Positions 49,147 to 58,915 are shown, counted from the first letter of the stretch. The stretch is 64,000 nucleotides of DNA from Pyrinomonadaceae bacterium (GCA_035537435.1 DATLMC010000015.1:36860-100859), one strand, 5' to 3'. The notes: generated by a model from the letters alone, not told the origin. Program-made: numbers and translations.

Positions 49147-50925
49147 ATGAAAAACAGACCGCAGAGAAAGCCCTTGCTTGCCGCGCTCGTCGCGCTCGCG
49201 TGCGCGCTCGCCGCGTGCCAGCCCGCCCCGCAGCAGAACGCGAACTCGCCGAGCCAGTCGCAACTCCCGCGCGAGAAGACCACGGGCAAGCGCGGCGGGC
49301 AGCTGACCTACCGCCTGAGCGCGCCGCCCAAGACTTTCAACTACGTCATGTCAACGGGCGACGACGTGACGACCACCCTCACGCTCTTCCTGCTGTCGAG
49401 CCGCCTGGTCGAGCTTGATCACGACGCGCAAGGCTACACGCCCGCGCTCGCCGAAGAGTGGAAGCTCGGCGCGGACGCGCGCAGCGTCGACGTGACCCTA
49501 CGCGACGGGCTCAAGTTCTCCGACGGCCAGCCGCTCACCTCCGAAGACGTGGCCTTCACGCTCCGCGCGCTCTACGACGAGCGCCTCAAGCCGCCCATCT
49601 TCCGCGACGCGCTGATGCCCGGCGCGAAGCCCATCGAGATCAGAGTCGCGGACGCGCGCCACTTCACGCTCGCTTTCACGGAGCCGGTGAACGTCCCGGA
49701 AAACTACATGTCGAACCTCGCCGTCGTGCCGCGCCACGTCTTCGAGCCGCTGCTCAACTCCGGCAAGCTCGCGGAGGCGTACGGCGTCACGTCCGATCCG
49801 AAGTCGATGGTCACGTCGGGCAAGTTCGTCGTCGAGTCGAGCGCGCCGGGCGAGCGCGTCGTGCTCGCGCGCAACCCCTTCTACTGGAAAAGGGACGCGG
49901 CGGGCAACCAGCTCCCGTACCTCGACCGCCTCACGCTCGAAGTCATCTCGGACGAGAGCAACGCCATCGCGCGACTCGGCCAGGGCTCGCTCGACATCTA
50001 CGACCGCGTGCGCCCCGCCGACTTCGCGGGCGTGCGCGCGGGGGCGGGCAGCGCGCGCGGCTACGATCTCGGCCCCGGCCTCTACGCCGACGATCTCTGG
50101 TTCAACCTCAACCCGGGGGCGCGCGCCGACGGCAAGCCCTACGTCGACCCGGCGAAGCTCGCGTGGTTCGCCGACGTGCGCTTCCGCCGCGCCGTCGCGC
50201 ACGCCATCGACCGCGAGCACATCGCGAAAAACGTCTGGCAGGGCCTGGCGACGCCGCTCTCCGGCTTCATCACGCCCGGCAACCACGCCTGGGCGGCGAC
50301 CGATCTGCCGCGCATCGACTACGATCTGGAGAAGTCGCGCGCGCTCCTGAAAGAAGCCGGGTTCGTGACGCGCGGCACGACGGAGTCGCCGGAGCTGTAC
50401 GACGCGAAAGGCCGCCGCGTCGAGTTCACCGTGATCGCCCCGTCGGGGACGAAGACGAGGGTCGATTCGGCGACGGTCGTGCAGGAAGACCTGGCGAAGC
50501 TGGGGATGAAGGTCTCGGTCGCGCCCATCGAGAACGCGCAGGTCGCCGAGCGCATCAACCAGTCGTTCGACTACGAGGCGGTCTTCTACGGAACCTCCGC
50601 GACCGAGCCCGACCCTTCGTCGTACGTCGACGTGCTGCGCAGCAACAGCCCGCAGCACCTGTGGAGCCCGAACGAGCCTAGACCAGCGACCGACTGGGAG
50701 GCGCGCATCGACGAGCTGGCGGCGCGCCAGGCCCACGAGACCGACCGCGAGCGCCGGCGCGCCATCTTCCACGACATCCAGCAGGTGATGGCCGAGCAAC
50801 TGCCGCTCATCCCCATCGTCTCGCGCCACATCGCCGTCGCCGCGAACGCGCGCGTGGGCAACTACCGGCCGAGCCCGCTCCCGCCCTTCTCGCTCTGGAA
50901 CGCGGAGGAGTTGTTCGTCAAATGA
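49147..50925 (+). CDS. ABC transporter substrate-binding lipoprotein (family 5, peptide/nickel)
   Basis: Lipobox LACALAAC. It has the typical SBP_bac_5 layout and is divergent from the permease genes. Confidence 0.9.
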   Translation: MKNRPQRKPLLAALVALACALAACQPAPQQNANSPSQSQLPREKTTGKRGGQLTYRLSAPPKTFNYVMSTGDDVTTTLTLFLLSSRLVELDHDAQGYTPALAEEWKLGADARSVDVTLRDGLKFSDGQPLTSEDVAFTLRALYDERLKPPIFRDALMPGAKPIEIRVADARHFTLAFTEPVNVPENYMSNLAVVPRHVFEPLLNSGKLAEAYGVTSDPKSMVTSGKFVVESSAPGERVVLARNPFYWKRDAAGNQLPYLDRLTLEVISDESNAIARLGQGSLDIYDRVRPADFAGVRAGAGSARGYDLGPGLYADDLWFNLNPGARADGKPYVDPAKLAWFADVRFRRAVAHAIDREHIAKNVWQGLATPLSGFITPGNHAWAATDLPRIDYDLEKSRALLKEAGFVTRGTTESPELYDAKGRRVEFTVIAPSGTKTRVDSATVVQEDLAKLGMKVSVAPIENAQVAERINQSFDYEAVFYGTSATEPDPSSYVDVLRSNSPQHLWSPNEPRPATDWEARIDELAARQAHETDRERRRAIFHDIQQVMAEQLPLIPIVSRHIAVAANARVGNYRPSPLPPFSLWNAEELFVK

Positions 50926-50968
50926 AATGTTGCGGCGGTTGGCGACCGGACGCGACCGGGGAATCATT

Positions 50969-51038
50969 GTAGGGGCCGGGGCCTGGTCCCCGCCCGCCCG
51001 TCGCCGGAAAAACGGGCGGGGACGAGCCCCGGCCCTAC
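50969..51038. repeat. REP/REPIN-like element, copy 5 (shortest, most diverged)
   Basis: GTAGGGGCCGGGGCCTGGTCCCCGCCCGC ... GCGGGGACGAGCCCCGGCCCTAC. Confidence 0.8.
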
Positions 51039-51157
51039 GGCCATCACGCATCACTCGCACCCAGCCGCAAGTCGCTATAGGCGAGGGCGGAAAGCGAAAG
51101 AGACCGAAGCTGTGGGGCGTTCGGTCTCTTTCGCTTTCCGCTTTCTTACTCTGAACT

Positions 51158-54121
51158 TTACTGGTTGAGCAGCTTTTGCAGCACGGCCATCGCGTGCGCG
51201 AGTTCGAGGCGCGTGAGCGGGGCTTGCGGGCGGAAGGTCATCTGCTCGTTGGCGAGCAGCCCGCGCGCGACGGCGACGTAGACGTAGCCGCGCAGCGCGG
51301 CGGGAACCTTCGCCGCGTCGGTGACGCCGAGCAGCGCGTCGCCCGCGCGCGCGTCCGCCTCCGATTGCAACCCCGCGGCGCGCACGAGCGCGATCGCCGC
51401 CGTCACGCGGTCGGCCGGCGCGTTGGGCGAGAAGGAGTCGCCCGCCGCGACATTGGGGAAGAGCGCGCCGCGGGGTGATCGCTGCGCGCTCTCGACGAAG
51501 AGCATCGTCGTCTGATCGCGCACGTCGCGGTAGGTCGGCGCGGCGGGCAGGTACTGCGGCACGCGACCGCCGATGACGAGCGCCGCCGCCAGATCGCCGC
51601 GGCTCGCGAAGAAGGAGGGGCGGAAGTTGCGCCCCGCCGGTTCCATGACGAACGTGCGCAGGCTCTGGTAAACGTCCTCGCGCTGCTGCGCGCCGAGGGC
51701 CGAAATGTCGTTGAGCGTCGCGTACTCGGCGTGCGCCGTCTCCAGCACGCCGGTGAACTCCTGCGCCGTGCCCGCCAGGCCGAGCGTGTTCTTCACCGTC
51801 ATGCGCCACGCGCCGGCCGGAGGCCGCGCGACGAGCGCGCGCTCGCGGTGACCGGCGAGACCGGGCAGGTTCAAGACGTTCACGTCAGCCTGCTTCGCGC
51901 CCGCCGCATCGTAGAGCGCCATGCCGAGATCGTTCAGACTCCAGAGCGGCCCCCAGCCGATCTGCATCGAGGCGAAGAGGGAATTTTCCGGCACGCCGAA
52001 GGTCGTCTCGTAGCCGGTCGCGCCGGGCGTCACCGTGCCGTGCAACACTTGCGGCGCGTCCGCCACGGCGCGGAAGAACCTGCCGTCGAACCCGGCGCGG
52101 AAGCGACCCATGCGCCGCTGCGGGAAGGCGGCTTCGAGCACGGCGGCGTGCGCGTTGAGCACGCCCGCCCCGACCTCGTGCTGGTAGTAGGGCGCGAGCG
52201 GCGTCGCCGTGCGCTGGAGGATGTCTTTGATCTGCCAGGGCGTGAGCCGCGGGTTCGCTTCGAGCATCAAGGCGACGGTGCCGGCGACCTGCGGCGCGGA
52301 AAAACTCGTGCCCGTCGCCGTCGTGTAGAAGGGGAGCAGTCTCGGCGCGAGCCCCGCGTCGCTGTTGAAGCCGACGCCTTCGATGCCGGTCTGACTCACG
52401 CCCGTCGAGCGCAAGCCCACGACCTTGACGCCGGGCGCGACGAGGGTGGGGCGCGCCTCCGCGTTCGCGAAGTCGCCGCGCGAGGAGAACGAGGCGAGCC
52501 TGCCGCCGTCGGTCGCGCCGACCGAGACGACCCACGGCGCGGCGGCGTAAGGGTTCAGCGTGCGAAGGCCCGGCCCGGTGTTGCCCGCCGAGAAGACCGC
52601 GGTGACGCCGCGGTCGAAGAGCATCTTCGTCGCGACGTTGACCGGATCGTTCGGGTCGTAGACCGCCTCGGCCGAGAACGAGCAGTTGACGACGCGCACG
52701 CCTAAAGACGCGCCGCGCTCAAGCAGGTAGTCGAACCCGTTCAGCACGAAGACGAGGTTGGCGTCGCCCGCGCCCAGGCCGACGATGCGCGCGCCGGGCG
52801 CGACGCCCGCGTACTGCCCCGCGGAGCGCGAGCCGCTGCCGCCGATGACGCCCGCGACGAACGTGCCGTGCCCGTGCGCCTGATCGGTGTCGGGCAGGTT
52901 CTCTACGTTGGCGGGGTAGTTGAACCCGGCGGGCACGCTCTGGAGGTCTGCGAGCTTGACGTTCTGCGCGACGCGCCCGGCCAGGTCGGCGTGCGTCGCG
53001 TCCACACCCGTGTCCAGCACGGCGACCGTCACGCCGCGCCCGGAGACGGGGAGCCCGCCGTTGAAGCGCGTCAGATCGGCGTCGGCCTGCGCGCGGTCGA
53101 CGCCGGTCGCGCCGCGCGCGGGGTCGGCGGCGAATTCGAGCGTGCGGTTGCCGTAGATGGAGCGCACGGCCGAGAGGTGCGAGATTTGGATGATCTGATC
53201 GCGCGTGGCGGTGACGTAGATCATCGGGAGGACGCGGAAGCGCGTGCCGCCGATGACGCCTATCGACTGAAGGTCTGCGAGGTCTTGATCGGTCGGCAGC
53301 CGGTGGTAGACGAGGACGGCGTTGACCGAGCTGTCGTCCGCCATCCGGTCGAGCGTCAGCGCGAGTTCCGGATCGACGCTGCGCAGGCCGCCGGTCGACG
53401 CGCCGACCGGCGCGATGCCGGACGTGCGCCTGACGCTGTCCGCGCCCGTGATCTGTATGCCGTCGGCTCCGGTCACCTGAATGCCGTCGGCCCCCGTCAC
53501 CTGTATGCCGTTCGGCGAGACGGCGAAGGCGCGCCCGTCCGGTGTCTTGACGATGACGCCGTCGGCCCCGGTCACCTGAATGCCGTCGGCCCCCGTCACC
53601 TGAATGCCGTCGGCGGTAATGATCTGGATGTCGTCGGCTCCGGTCGTCTGGATGCCGTTGACGCCGAAGGCGGTGACCGAGTTCGACGCCCCCGTCCGCA
53701 CGCCGTTCGCCTGCCGGAAGACGACCGAGTCGGCGCGGTACTGTGTGCCGTCGGCTCCGGTCACCTGGATGCCGTCGGCCCCCGTCACTTGTATGCCGTC
53801 GGCGGTCGTCACCTGGATGCCGTCGGCCCCGGTGACCTGTATGCCGTCCGCGCCTGTCGTCTGGATGCCGTCGGCTCCCGTTGTCTGGATGCCGTCGGCT
53901 CCCGTGACCTGTATGCCGTTGACGTTGAAATTGAGGATGCCGTCGGCACCGGTGACTTGAATGCCGTCGGCACCGGTGACCTGTATGCCGTCGGCTCCGG
54001 TCACCTGAATGCCGTCGCCACTGCGGATGAGCAGGCCGGCGTAAGCCGGGCCGGAGCACAGCAGGCAGGCGAGGGCGAGGGAAGTGATCTGGCGTAAGCT
54101 CTTCAAAACAGTATTGCGCAT
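51158..54121 (-). CDS. Secreted S8 (subtilisin-like) serine peptidase with an N-terminal octapeptide-repeat array and an SLH-like C-terminus
   Basis: Triad VAVLDTGVD, HGHGTFVAG, GTSFSAPQVAG. More than 20 GADGIQVT repeats. The C-terminus PLTRLELAHAMAVLQKLL is SLH-like. Confidence 0.9.
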   Translation of the reverse strand: MRNTVLKSLRQITSLALACLLCSGPAYAGLLIRSGDGIQVTGADGIQVTGADGIQVTGADGILNFNVNGIQVTGADGIQTTGADGIQTTGADGIQVTGADGIQVTTADGIQVTGADGIQVTGADGTQYRADSVVFRQANGVRTGASNSVTAFGVNGIQTTGADDIQIITADGIQVTGADGIQVTGADGVIVKTPDGRAFAVSPNGIQVTGADGIQVTGADGIQITGADSVRRTSGIAPVGASTGGLRSVDPELALTLDRMADDSSVNAVLVYHRLPTDQDLADLQSIGVIGGTRFRVLPMIYVTATRDQIIQISHLSAVRSIYGNRTLEFAADPARGATGVDRAQADADLTRFNGGLPVSGRGVTVAVLDTGVDATHADLAGRVAQNVKLADLQSVPAGFNYPANVENLPDTDQAHGHGTFVAGVIGGSGSRSAGQYAGVAPGARIVGLGAGDANLVFVLNGFDYLLERGASLGVRVVNCSFSAEAVYDPNDPVNVATKMLFDRGVTAVFSAGNTGPGLRTLNPYAAAPWVVSVGATDGGRLASFSSRGDFANAEARPTLVAPGVKVVGLRSTGVSQTGIEGVGFNSDAGLAPRLLPFYTTATGTSFSAPQVAGTVALMLEANPRLTPWQIKDILQRTATPLAPYYQHEVGAGVLNAHAAVLEAAFPQRRMGRFRAGFDGRFFRAVADAPQVLHGTVTPGATGYETTFGVPENSLFASMQIGWGPLWSLNDLGMALYDAAGAKQADVNVLNLPGLAGHRERALVARPPAGAWRMTVKNTLGLAGTAQEFTGVLETAHAEYATLNDISALGAQQREDVYQSLRTFVMEPAGRNFRPSFFASRGDLAAALVIGGRVPQYLPAAPTYRDVRDQTTMLFVESAQRSPRGALFPNVAAGDSFSPNAPADRVTAAIALVRAAGLQSEADARAGDALLGVTDAAKVPAALRGYVYVAVARGLLANEQMTFRPQAPLTRLELAHAMAVLQKLLNQ
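53438..54022 (-). repeat. In-frame 24-bp tandem repeats encoding (T)GADGIQV(T)
   Basis: Three blocks, at aa 34-125, 154-188 and 203-228 of the S8 protein. ggcatacaggtcaccgg.gccgac-type units are visible on the plus strand. Confidence 0.9.
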
Positions 54122-54428
54122 GGCGAGGGGAACTCGACGCGAATCGTTCTTACCGCTTCTTAAATTGTTCGGGCAAAGGACTCTACCGGCGACGGGGTCG
54201 CACGCGCGTGCGAGGGCCGAGCTTAGTGTCGGGGAGAAAAAAGTAACATAGTCCGGCGCGAAACTATAGTAGTTAGCGTCGGGGGATCTATTACATTTTT
54301 GTTACGTTTCGCGGATGACATAAACCCCTTACACCGCGCGTGCTGCGTCAGTCCCGTGAGCGAATTTGGCGACGGCGGTGCAGCCGCGGCGCGACTGTTT
54401 TTAAGAAGCTGTTTAGCGACTAACGCTC

Positions 54429-54532
54429 CGCCGGAGCGGCACGTCACGTCTCGCCCCTGACGGGGCTCCGGAAGGATGTGGCGGTCGCCGGGCTATCGAC
54501 ATCAAGTCCCTCGGTGACGTGTTGAACAGCTC
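54429..54532. repeat. Repeat family 2, copy B
   Basis: It aligns with 39363-39466 and abuts the stop codon of the regulator gene. Confidence 0.75.
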
Positions 54533-57500
54533 CTAGCTCATCAACTGCTTGAAAGCCTTCTGCGTCTCCGCCGCCGGCTCGACGCCCAGCTCCTTGCGCA
54601 GGAGTTTGCGCAGACTCTCGTACTGATCCTTCACCGCCGCGCGATTCCCCAGCGCCGCGTGCGCGCGCATGATCATGCAGTGCACGTCCTCGCGGAACTG
54701 ATCTTCGGCGAGGGTGCGCTGCGCCAGCTTGAGCGAGCGCAACCAGTCTTCCGACTTCTGCGCGGCGACGGCGAGGGTTTCGAGCATCCGCAGGTGCTGC
54801 TCCTTGTAGTAGGAGCGCTGCTCCTCGACCCAGTCGTCGTAAGAACCCTGCATGAAGTCGCCGCGGTACAACTCGACGGCGCGCTCGAAGCATTCGACGA
54901 AGCGCGCTTGATCGCCGGCGCGCCGAGCCGACTCGCCCTCCGCGAGCAGCCGGTCGAACTCTTCGGTGTCGACGAAGTAGGGGAAGTCCTGGCTGAGCAA
55001 ATAATCGCCGTCGCGGTAGACGAGAAAGTTCTGCTTCACCGGCTGGTTGCTGTTCAGCGCCTTGCGGATGTGCGAGACGGTCGGGTGAAAGTTCTTCTCG
55101 ACCGCCTCGAAGTCCGACTCGCCCCAGAAGGTGTCGATGATCGTGTCCTTAGAGGCGCGGCGGTGCCGGCGCGAGGCGATGAAGCAGAGGATGTCGCGCG
55201 CCCTCTTGGTCGTCCACGCGTCGGCCGCGAGCGGGCGCGCCGGGTCGCGGTAAATCTCGACGGGGCCGAGCATGCGGATCGAGAGATCGGCCGAGGGCTT
55301 CGGCGCGACCGCCGCGGTCTGCGAGCCGAAGGCGGCGGCCGCGCGACCGGCGGCGGCCCCCGCCTGCGCCGTCGGCGCGTCGAGCGCCTGCGAGACCTGT
55401 TCGGCGAGATCGGGCGGGAGCAGGGCGCGCGCGTCGGGCGGCGAGAAGAGCCGCGGGTCGGCCGTCACCTCGCGCCGCAGCCAGTACTCGTAGTCGTAGC
55501 GCGAGGCCAGCTCGACCGCCCGGCGCAGGTTTTCGACGACCGCGCCGTCGCGCCCGTCCTCCGCGTCGCAGGCGGCGAGGGCGAGCGAAGCCTGCGCCTC
55601 GTAGTAGTGGAGGCTGTGCTCGCGGAAGTGTGCGAGCGCGGGCTCAAGCTCGGCGCGGGCCGCCGCGCTCTGCCCTTGCGCGAGCAGGACGCGCGCGAGC
55701 GCGAGGCTCGCGGTGCGGACGCCGCGCTCGTCGCCCGCCTCTCGCCGCGCCCCGATGAGCCGGTCGAGCAGAGAGCGCGCCGCGCCGGTGTCGCCCTTGC
55801 GCAGGTTTAAGAGCGCCTTCTCTTCGAGCAGCTCGTAGCGGGTGATGTCGATGCCGACCTCGCCGTAAGACTGCTCGGCGTGTTTGTAAAACTCTTCGGC
55901 GCGCGCCACGTCGCCGCGCTCGCGGTAGAGATCGCCGTAGGTCTGGAACGCCTCGGCGCGCTGCGAGGTGAGGTTAAAGAGGTGGCACACCTCCAGCGCG
56001 CGGTCGAGGTGGCGCTCGCACTCCGCGAGGTCGCCGCGATACAGGTGACAGCGCGCGAGGTTGAGGTACGCGCCCGCCTCTTGCGGGACGGGGCGCGCGT
56101 TCTGCTTGTCCTTCCCGCCGTCGCTACGCATCCGGCGCAGCCAGCGCATCGCCTCGGCGAAGTCGCCGCGGATCATCGCGGGCAGTCCCAGATTGTGCGC
56201 GATGAGGTGCGCGTAGTGTTTGTCGTTTAGCCCCTCGGCGAGTTGCAGGGCGTCGCGGAACTCGCCCTCGGCCGTCGTCCACTCGCCGAGCGCGACGTAG
56301 CAGAGCCCGCGCGTGTTGCCGACCTTGACGCGCACGGTCGAGCGTTCGGCGGCCAGCTCTAACGCGCGGTCGAGGTGCGTGAACGACGCCGCGCAGTCGC
56401 CCCGGCGGCGCGCGATGGTGGCGAGCGAGTGGAGCGCTTCCGCCTCGCCCTCCTCGTCGCCGCGCGCGTTCAGGAGCGCGGCGGCGCGGCGCAGGTGCGT
56501 GTCGGCGACGTCGAACCTGCCGCGCAGGCGCGCGACCTCCGCCCGGTAGAGCAGCGCGCGCGGGTGGGCCTCGACGGCCTCGTCCGGGAGTTGCTCGACG
56601 AAGCGGACGAGCGGGGCGAACGCCCCGGCCGCGAGCCAGTCGCCGCCGTGCTCGGCGATGAGCGCGGCGGAACGTGTGAACTCACCCGCCTCGTGCAGGT
56701 GGTGGATCGCCTGCTCCCACTGCCGTCGGGAGGCGAAGTATGCGGCGCAGCGCGCGTGCTCGGCGGCGACGCCCGCCTGACCCACCTCGGCGCGCAGACG
56801 CCGGCGCAGGAAGTCCTGGAAGAGCGGGTGCAGGCGATACTCCTCGCCGCGCTCGTCGCTCGCGACCGTCATGAAGACGTTGCGGCGCACGAGCAGCGGC
56901 AGGAGCGCCGCGCAGTTGGCCTGCGGGTAGAGCACGGCGCAGGCGTCCGGCTCGATGCGCTCCAGGGGCGAGACGCGCAAAAGCATCTGCTGCACGTCGC
57001 GCGGCTCGTCGGCGAAGACCTCTTCGGCGAAGTAGTCGAAGATGTCGCGCTCGCTCTGGCGCAGGATTTCGCCGAGGTCTGGGCTCTCGCCGCCGCGCGC
57101 GAGGGCGTGGCGTTGCGCGACCTGCCGGACGAGTTGCAGCGCCGTGATCCAGCCGTGCGTGCGCTCGCGATATTCCTGAAGCTGTTCGGGCGTCAGTTCG
57201 AGATCGAAGACCTGGCGGAACAGCTCCTGCGTCTCGGCGTCGGTGAAGAGCAGCTCCTCGCGGTCGATGATCGTGAGCGAGTTGTGCGCGCGCAGCCGCG
57301 AGAGCGCGAGCGGCGGAACGTCGCGCGAGATGATGATGACGTGAACCACGTCGGGCAGGTAGGCGAGCAGGCGGTCGACGACGCGGTGGACGAGCGTCTC
57401 CGCGCCGAGGTGGTGGTAGTCGTCGAGGACGAAGACGATCTGCTGATCGACGAGATCGAGGATTTCGTTCAGCAGCACGTCGACGGCGCGCTCGGGCTGC

Positions 57501-57901
57501 TCGGCGAGTTCCGCCGGGGCCTGCTGCAAGTAGGAGAGCGTCGCGTCGCCGAAGGCGGGGACGAGCTGCCGGATGCCGTGCGCGACGTAGCCGAGGAAGA
57601 CCGAGGGGTCTGCGTCCGTGCGGTCGAGCTGATACCAGACGAACTTGCGCGACTCGTTGCGGATGAAGTCGGCGACGAGCGTGGTCTTGCCCGAACCGGC
57701 GGGGGCGGCGACCAGTGTGACGGGCTGTTCGAGGTTCGAGCGGAGGCGGTCGCTGAGGCGCGGGCGGTGGAGCAGCGCGGGCGTCGGGCGCGGCGGCAGC
57801 AGCTTGGTGCGCAGGAAGAAGGTGGGCGCGGACGCCCCCTCCGCCAGCGGGGGTAGCGGCGTGGTCTGGAGTTTTCCCGTGCGGCGCAGCCTGTTGCTCA
57901 T
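54533..57901 (-). CDS. Large STAND-type regulator: MalT-like AAA ATPase - TPR array - OmpR/SARP winged helix - BTAD
   Basis: Walker A AAPAGSGKTTLV, Walker B IVFVLDDYH. The central TPR-like helices are followed by SIRMLGPVEIYRD (SARP wHTH). The BTAD end reads REDVHCMIMRAHAALGNRAAVKDQYESLRKLLRKELGVEP. Confidence 0.85.
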   Translation of the reverse strand: MSNRLRRTGKLQTTPLPPLAEGASAPTFFLRTKLLPPRPTPALLHRPRLSDRLRSNLEQPVTLVAAPAGSGKTTLVADFIRNESRKFVWYQLDRTDADPSVFLGYVAHGIRQLVPAFGDATLSYLQQAPAELAEQPERAVDVLLNEILDLVDQQIVFVLDDYHHLGAETLVHRVVDRLLAYLPDVVHVIIISRDVPPLALSRLRAHNSLTIIDREELLFTDAETQELFRQVFDLELTPEQLQEYRERTHGWITALQLVRQVAQRHALARGGESPDLGEILRQSERDIFDYFAEEVFADEPRDVQQMLLRVSPLERIEPDACAVLYPQANCAALLPLLVRRNVFMTVASDERGEEYRLHPLFQDFLRRRLRAEVGQAGVAAEHARCAAYFASRRQWEQAIHHLHEAGEFTRSAALIAEHGGDWLAAGAFAPLVRFVEQLPDEAVEAHPRALLYRAEVARLRGRFDVADTHLRRAAALLNARGDEEGEAEALHSLATIARRRGDCAASFTHLDRALELAAERSTVRVKVGNTRGLCYVALGEWTTAEGEFRDALQLAEGLNDKHYAHLIAHNLGLPAMIRGDFAEAMRWLRRMRSDGGKDKQNARPVPQEAGAYLNLARCHLYRGDLAECERHLDRALEVCHLFNLTSQRAEAFQTYGDLYRERGDVARAEEFYKHAEQSYGEVGIDITRYELLEEKALLNLRKGDTGAARSLLDRLIGARREAGDERGVRTASLALARVLLAQGQSAAARAELEPALAHFREHSLHYYEAQASLALAACDAEDGRDGAVVENLRRAVELASRYDYEYWLRREVTADPRLFSPPDARALLPPDLAEQVSQALDAPTAQAGAAAGRAAAAFGSQTAAVAPKPSADLSIRMLGPVEIYRDPARPLAADAWTTKRARDILCFIASRRHRRASKDTIIDTFWGESDFEAVEKNFHPTVSHIRKALNSNQPVKQNFLVYRDGDYLLSQDFPYFVDTEEFDRLLAEGESARRAGDQARFVECFERAVELYRGDFMQGSYDDWVEEQRSYYKEQHLRMLETLAVAAQKSEDWLRSLKLAQRTLAEDQFREDVHCMIMRAHAALGNRAAVKDQYESLRKLLRKELGVEPAAETQKAFKQLMS

Positions 57902-57918
57902 CGGTCAGAGGGGGACGG

Positions 57919-57993
57919 GTCAGACCGCCTGCCGCAAGCGGGCGGTTGATTAAAGCGAGAAGAACCCGCCCGCTTGCGGCAGGCGGTTCTGAC
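57919..57993. other. Very long inverted repeat (about 26-bp arms) between the two ATPase/regulator genes
   Basis: gtcagaccgcctgccgcaagcgggcgg ..20 nt.. ccgcccgcttgcggcaggcggttctgac, with one bulged T. Confidence 0.7.
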
Positions 57994-58075
57994 AAAGACA
58001 GCGACGAGCGCGCGTGTGAACGCCGAAGGGCGAGGGTTGAAAATCTACCGCGGGGGCGACGCCGCCGGCGTCCCC

Positions 58076-58915
58076 TTACGCCGCGGAAGACTTCGGCGTG
58101 TAGCTTTTGACGAGACGGAGCGGAGCGCCCGCCTGCTGCTGCCGCGCGTCCGCCTCATGGCCCTCGCCCCTGGCGGCGACGTTGCGCGCCGCGGAAGCCT
58201 CCTGCTCGGCGCGGGTCTGGCCGCCGCGCGCGAGCGCGTCGAGCGCCGCGGCGCGGCCCCAGGTCTCGGCGAGCGCCTGCGCGGCGAGCTTCGGCGGCAG
58301 GTTGTAGCTCGTGAAAAGCTGCTCCGCCTCCGCCTGCGTGAAGGCGAGCGCCTGCTCTTCGATCACGCGCAGCGTCTGCTTCGAGCGCATCCGCCAGAGC
58401 GGCGCGGGAGGGAGCGTGCGCCCGATCAAGATCATGTGCGTCTCCGCCGGGAGCAGCGGCAGGAGCCTCGCGAAGAAAGGCACGACCCACCCGGCATCAT
58501 ATACCAGATGGAGATCGTCCACGACAATCAGGAGCGGCTCGCTCGCTTCGAGCATCGTCATCTCGTAGACGAACGACTCGGCGACGAGCACGGCGTCCTG
58601 CTCGTTCGCGCCGCCCGCCAGCAGCGCGAGCGTCTTGCGGCCGAAGCCGGGGTGCTGGCCGCGCACGGAGGCGACGAGGTATTGCAGGAACGTCTGCAAC
58701 TCGACTTCGGGCGCGTCCACCTTGTACCAGGCGACGCGCCGCCCGCAGCGGCCGGCGAAGTCGAGCGTCAGAAGGGTCTTCCCCGCGCCCGTGCGGCCGG
58801 CGATGACGGTCGAGTTGCAGCAGCTCATGCTCTCAGTGAGTACGTCCAGGAGGCGCGGGCGCGAGACGCGCGGCGCGTCCGGCGGCATCGTGATTTTGTC
58901 GAGGATCAAACTCAT
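58076..58915 (-). CDS. Short MalT-N-like AAA ATPase (paralogue of the N-terminus of 54533-57901)
   Basis: RPRLLDVL..., Walker A AGRTGAGKTLLT, Walker B LLIVVDDLH. At 279 aa it has no TPR or DNA-binding part. Confidence 0.65.
   Translation of the reverse strand: MSLILDKITMPPDAPRVSRPRLLDVLTESMSCCNSTVIAGRTGAGKTLLTLDFAGRCGRRVAWYKVDAPEVELQTFLQYLVASVRGQHPGFGRKTLALLAGGANEQDAVLVAESFVYEMTMLEASEPLLIVVDDLHLVYDAGWVVPFFARLLPLLPAETHMILIGRTLPPAPLWRMRSKQTLRVIEEQALAFTQAEAEQLFTSYNLPPKLAAQALAETWGRAAALDALARGGQTRAEQEASAARNVAARGEGHEADARQQQAGAPLRLVKSYTPKSSAA

Noticed and set aside
53438-54022. A regular 24-bp repeat array that could be mistaken for a CRISPR or other non-coding tandem array.
   Set aside because: The repeats are contiguous with no spacers, in frame, and encode the GADGIQVT octapeptide within a protein that has a signal peptide and an S8 catalytic triad. 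No cas genes are present.
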